Below are positions 17,788-20,000 of a stretch of 20,000 nucleotides of DNA, one piece after another (position 1 is the stretch's first letter; each line of letters starts with the position of its first letter). The stretch lies in IMG/VR virus record IMGVR_UViG_3300044491_001439. One strand, given 5' to 3'. The notes beneath the pieces are model-generated. The model had not been told where the DNA came from and searched no databases. It worked only from the letters and a program-made list of their open reading frames with translations. The translations under genes and the position numbers were made by a program. Source of the stretch: an uncultured virus (IMG/VR IMGVR_UViG_3300044491_001439) (lineage: Duplodnaviria; Heunggongvirae; Uroviricota; Caudoviricetes; Kyanoviridae).

Positions 17788-17955
17788 TCAGTCGTTTGCG
17801 TCCCAGTACCACTCACATTCTGGTGATGAGTCCTTAAGGGTCTCGACCAACTCTATCTTCAATAGAGAAGATAGATTCGCATTGTTCTCAATCTTCAGCA
17901 TAATAGCATCAGTTTGAGTACATGAGAGTGTTGTATAGAATAATAGTTCTAGCAT
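17788..17955 (-). CDS. 55-aa ORF embedded in the second aptamer
   Basis: Below the ORF-track cutoff. Reads MLELLFYTTLSCTQTDAIMLKIENNANLSSLLKIELVETLKDSSPECEWYWDAND*, with GGAG about 10 nt upstream. The start overlaps the P2 5' strand and the stop overlaps CGACU-GAA. Confidence 0.7.
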   Translation of the reverse strand: MLELLFYTTLSCTQTDAIMLKIENNANLSSLLKIELVETLKDSSPECEWYWDAND

Positions 17956-17999
17956 GGGATGAACGCTCCGTTCCGCGACTTACTTGCGTCCCCTAGATG

Positions 18000-18007
18000 T
18001 ATAAATA
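18000..18007 (+). promoter_or_regulatory. Exact T4 late promoter TATAAATA for the HNH gene
   Basis: TATAAATA 11 nt upstream of ATG 18019, inside the imperfect inverted repeat CTAGATGTA...TACTTCTAG (17993-18014). Confidence 0.8.
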
Positions 18008-18018
18008 CTTCTAGTTAT

Positions 18019-18399
18019 ATGAGACAGATGGACATTAGACCAATACCTTCTTATCCTGGTTACTTTGCCGATTCCGATGGTAACATCTGGAGTGAGCGTT
18101 GGGGTGAGAGAAAGAAACTCAAACCACACGATAATGGTAGAGGTAGGTTTGGAATTAATATCTGTTACAATCAGAAGAGAACTTATATAAAAGTTCACAG
18201 ATTAGTAGCAGAAGCATTCCACGGATTTGCTGGTGATGAAGTGCATCATATTGATGGCGATCCATCTAATAACAAACCCGATAATCTAAATCCTTTATCT
18301 AAAGAGGATCATATTGATATGCATCACAATAAAGAAGAAAGGATTAGAAAAGCCATCCGACTTTTACAATCAGAAGGTTATACGATCATTGGGGGATGA
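18019..18399 (+). mobile_element. NUMOD4-HNH homing endonuclease gene (I-HmuI-like, 126 aa), antisense to its neighbours
   Basis: NUMOD4-like RPIPSYPGYFADSDGNIWS and HNH motif VHRLVAEAF...VHHIDGDPSNNKPDNL. It is the only credible plus-strand gene in 13-20 kb. Confidence 0.88.
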
Positions 18400-18410
18400 A
18401 CGATGGTATT

Positions 18411-18439
18411 ATTATACCATAACTATTTAGATGTGTCAA
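18411..18439 (-). promoter_or_regulatory. Consensus sigma70 promoter TTGACA-N17-TATAAT, with a CTAAATA late-like motif in the spacer
   Basis: -35 at 18439-18434, -10 at 18416-18411; predicted +1 near 18404, the first base of AUCGUUCA. Confidence 0.9.
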
Positions 18440-18706
18440 TCATTTAGATTTGGTTTCTGCTTTGGATACATATCCGTACAGTTTGGGATTGATTCTACCT
18501 TCTGTTTGAGTAAAGTTAATAAAATCTTTTTTATAATTATCGTAATAATAATCAAAAAGGTCTACTACTTTATTGCAAGTAGCAATATCAAATTTTGTCA
18601 GTCCCTCTTGGACATACTCCACCAGATAAGCTGTGTAAGGTAGCGACTTGTCTTGAGCAAGTGTTGGATCACAATCTTGTTGGAGTATGTTAACACTCTT
18701 TGCCAT
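18440..18706 (-). CDS. Conserved cyanophage hypothetical protein (88 aa)
   Basis: DCDPTLA.DK.LPYTAYLVEY...FDI......DLFDYYYD.YK.....Q.EGR.NPKL.G; coupled to the upstream gene by TAATG. Confidence 0.8.
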   Translation of the reverse strand: MAKSVNILQQDCDPTLAQDKSLPYTAYLVEYVQEGLTKFDIATCNKVVDLFDYYYDNYKKDFINFTQTEGRINPKLYGYVSKAETKSK

Positions 18707-19140
18707 TAAGATCTATTCCCCCATTCAATAGCAGGAAATGCTTCTTCAACACAAGCTCGGGTGATACGATACTTTTTGTTCAGTGCTTTATCTTTTGCCA
18801 GCACAAGAAGTTCTGCTTCTGCTTCCGATAATCCTTCAAGCATCTGGATGAACAGATTCTCTCTCTGCGACTGCTTGAGGGAACTGCTACCGCCCTTGAA
18901 GAACAGATAGAGTTTCCTGTACTCTTTCTCCAGTAAGGTGTGCTCGGTGCCCTCTGGGGCATCGTTCGGGTTGTATGGCACTGGTCCTTCAGGAATAAGA
19001 GACTCTACACTCTCATCAAAGTTGATGATGAGTAAAGAGCGCAAGGCATTAGTATTATTTTCCAACAAGATTTTTATCTTTGCTGCTTTAGTCTTTGCAT
19101 TACTCACTTTTTGGAGCACTTCACTGATTAACATTTTCAT
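18706..19140 (-). CDS. Conserved T4-like phage hypothetical protein downstream of RNase H (144 aa)
   Basis: LISEVL.KVS.AKTK..KI..L...PEG.VPY.PN..P.G..H..L..E...LY.F.KGG...RE..FIQMLEGL...EA. Confidence 0.82.
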   Translation of the reverse strand: MKMLISEVLQKVSNAKTKAAKIKILLENNTNALRSLLIINFDESVESLIPEGPVPYNPNDAPEGTEHTLLEKEYRKLYLFFKGGSSSLKQSQRENLFIQMLEGLSEAEAELLVLAKDKALNKKYRITRACVEEAFPAIEWGNRS

Positions 19141-20000
19141 TTTGTTTGGAATGGCGATAAACGACGAAAGAAAAATTCTTGCATCAGTTCATTCAACTGA
19201 TGTTCTTTGAAATAATCTAAAGGTACTTTCTTTTCAGAAATATTTATAGAGTTATATTGATCCATAATTTTGTCCGCAATTTCTTCAGGCACATAATCAA
19301 AGTCAATAAGTCTTCTATTCCTATGATAATTAAAAAGTTGTTGAGTATCAAGACAGAACTCGTTTGGCGATTGGTCAACCCATTTTGCCATTTTCTTTTG
19401 ACTGATTGGTTTTTGTCGAACTCCTGTTATAAAAGTATCATCTGCTGATAAGAAGTTAGGAATACCATCTGATTTGTCCCCACGAAGTATATGTTCTTTG
19501 ATATACTTTTGTGGATCATCATTAGCAACTGGTCTTTTTGTAATAGGATTAAACTGTTTGATACCAGGATACTTTTGCAACTGAATGAAGTCTTTATCTC
19601 CGGATAAAATAAGAACCTTATCTTCAGATTTTTTATTTCTGCATAGAGTAGCGATTACATCATCTGCTTCTGCTCCATGCACTTCAATCACTTTATATGG
19701 AAAGTATTTTTTGATCTCATCTCTAATCTTATTCAGAACCTCAAAGATGCTACCCCAGTCATGACCAGATTTTTGTCTGTCTTTTTTACGGTTTTGTTTG
19801 TAGTAAGGAAAGACATCCTTACGCCAGTAATGTCTACTGTCATACGCAAGAACTACTTCACCATATTCTTCCATGTATTGTTTCTCATAAGACGAAAGAC
19901 TGGTTAAAACCATATGTCTTACAAGTCTTTCGTCAAGAACATCACGTTTTATTTGAGCCATCAAGTTACTAATCATAACTTGATTCATGTCAATAATAAT
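19137..20000 (-). CDS. rnh: T4-like RNase H / 5'-3' exonuclease (start just outside the window)
   Basis: IIIDMNQ, YWRK..FPYYK..RK, EADDVIA, ILSGDKDFIQL, GDKSDGIPN; the frame stays open to position 20000. Confidence 0.95.
   Translation of the reverse strand: MIIDMNQVMISNLMAQIKRDVLDERLVRHMVLTSLSSYEKQYMEEYGEVVLAYDSRHYWRKDVFPYYKQNRKKDRQKSGHDWGSIFEVLNKIRDEIKKYFPYKVIEVHGAEADDVIATLCRNKKSEDKVLILSGDKDFIQLQKYPGIKQFNPITKRPVANDDPQKYIKEHILRGDKSDGIPNFLSADDTFITGVRQKPISQKKMAKWVDQSPNEFCLDTQQLFNYHRNRRLIDFDYVPEEIADKIMDQYNSINISEKKVPLDYFKEHQLNELMQEFFFRRLSPFQTK

Larger units (their letters stand above)
17781..18404 (-). ncRNA. Double glnA-type (glutamine) riboswitch-like leader with ORFs in both P2 loops
   Basis: AUCGUUCA-UCCCC(18404-18392)...GGGGA-CGCAAGUA-AGUCG-CG-GAACG-GAG-CGUUCA-UCCCA(17993-17955)...UGGGA-CGCAAA-CGACU-GAAG-GAACG(17805-17781). 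This fits the glnA pattern CGUUCA-P2-GACG.AAGUA-P3-GAAGGAACG, begins at the predicted transcription start and precedes the DUF4278-like gene. Confidence 0.75.

Noticed and set aside
17742..17816. N-terminal extension of the DUF4278-like ORF in the track
   Set aside because: It overlaps the aptamer and the embedded ORF; ATG 17741 has a clear AGGAG Shine-Dalgarno.
17853..17874. Hairpin CTATCTTC-N6-GAAGATAG inside the embedded 55-aa ORF
   Set aside because: The 8-bp AT-rich stem has no U tract and could occur by chance; there is not enough support to call it.
17959..18018. ORF-track start of the HNH gene at 17959
   Set aside because: It lies upstream of the late promoter and is the antisense of the aptamer; ATG 18019 or 18028 fits the promoter and the NUMOD4 boundary.
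17980..18198. 72-aa minus-strand ORF inside the HNH insert
   Set aside because: It is antisense to the HNH gene, with no motif or evident ribosome-binding site.
17994..18390. Group I intron hosting the HNH gene
   Set aside because: The insert is almost entirely filled by the ORF and its promoter, leaving no room for a ribozyme core, and no coding gene is interrupted.
13050..19907. Plus-strand and alternative-frame ORFs overlapping gp32, exonuclease, thyX and rnh
   Set aside because: They lie within conserved genes and have no recognisable features.

Overview
This window is part of a T4-like marine cyanomyovirus genome (Synechococcus/Prochlorococcus-type phage, inferred from gene content and order). 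The left 13 kb is a late structural module: partial gp5, a gp27-like hub protein, two large tape-measure/hub-like proteins with different peptidoglycan-hydrolase-like domains, gp26 plus a gp51-like reading frame, gp54-like, gp4, gp2, gp48 and gp53. The right 7 kb is a minus-strand replication/metabolism module: gp32, DUF1825-like, gp33, exonuclease, PhoH, ThyX, DUF4278-like, hypotheticals and partial RNase H. Three observations stand out. (1) A double glnA/glutamine-riboswitch-like leader (17781-18404, minus strand) lies upstream of the DUF4278-like gene. One P2 loop holds an antisense NUMOD4-HNH endonuclease gene with its own late promoter, the other holds a 55-aa ORF, and the two aptamer halves can interlock through an AGUCG/CGACU helix. 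(2) A candidate -1 frameshift (T TTT TTC) would fuse gp26 to the gp51-like frame just upstream of the tape-measure-like genes, as in lambda G/GT. (3) The 938-aa virion protein carries an apparently circularly permuted M23 peptidase. All family calls come from motif recognition and synteny; no searches were run.
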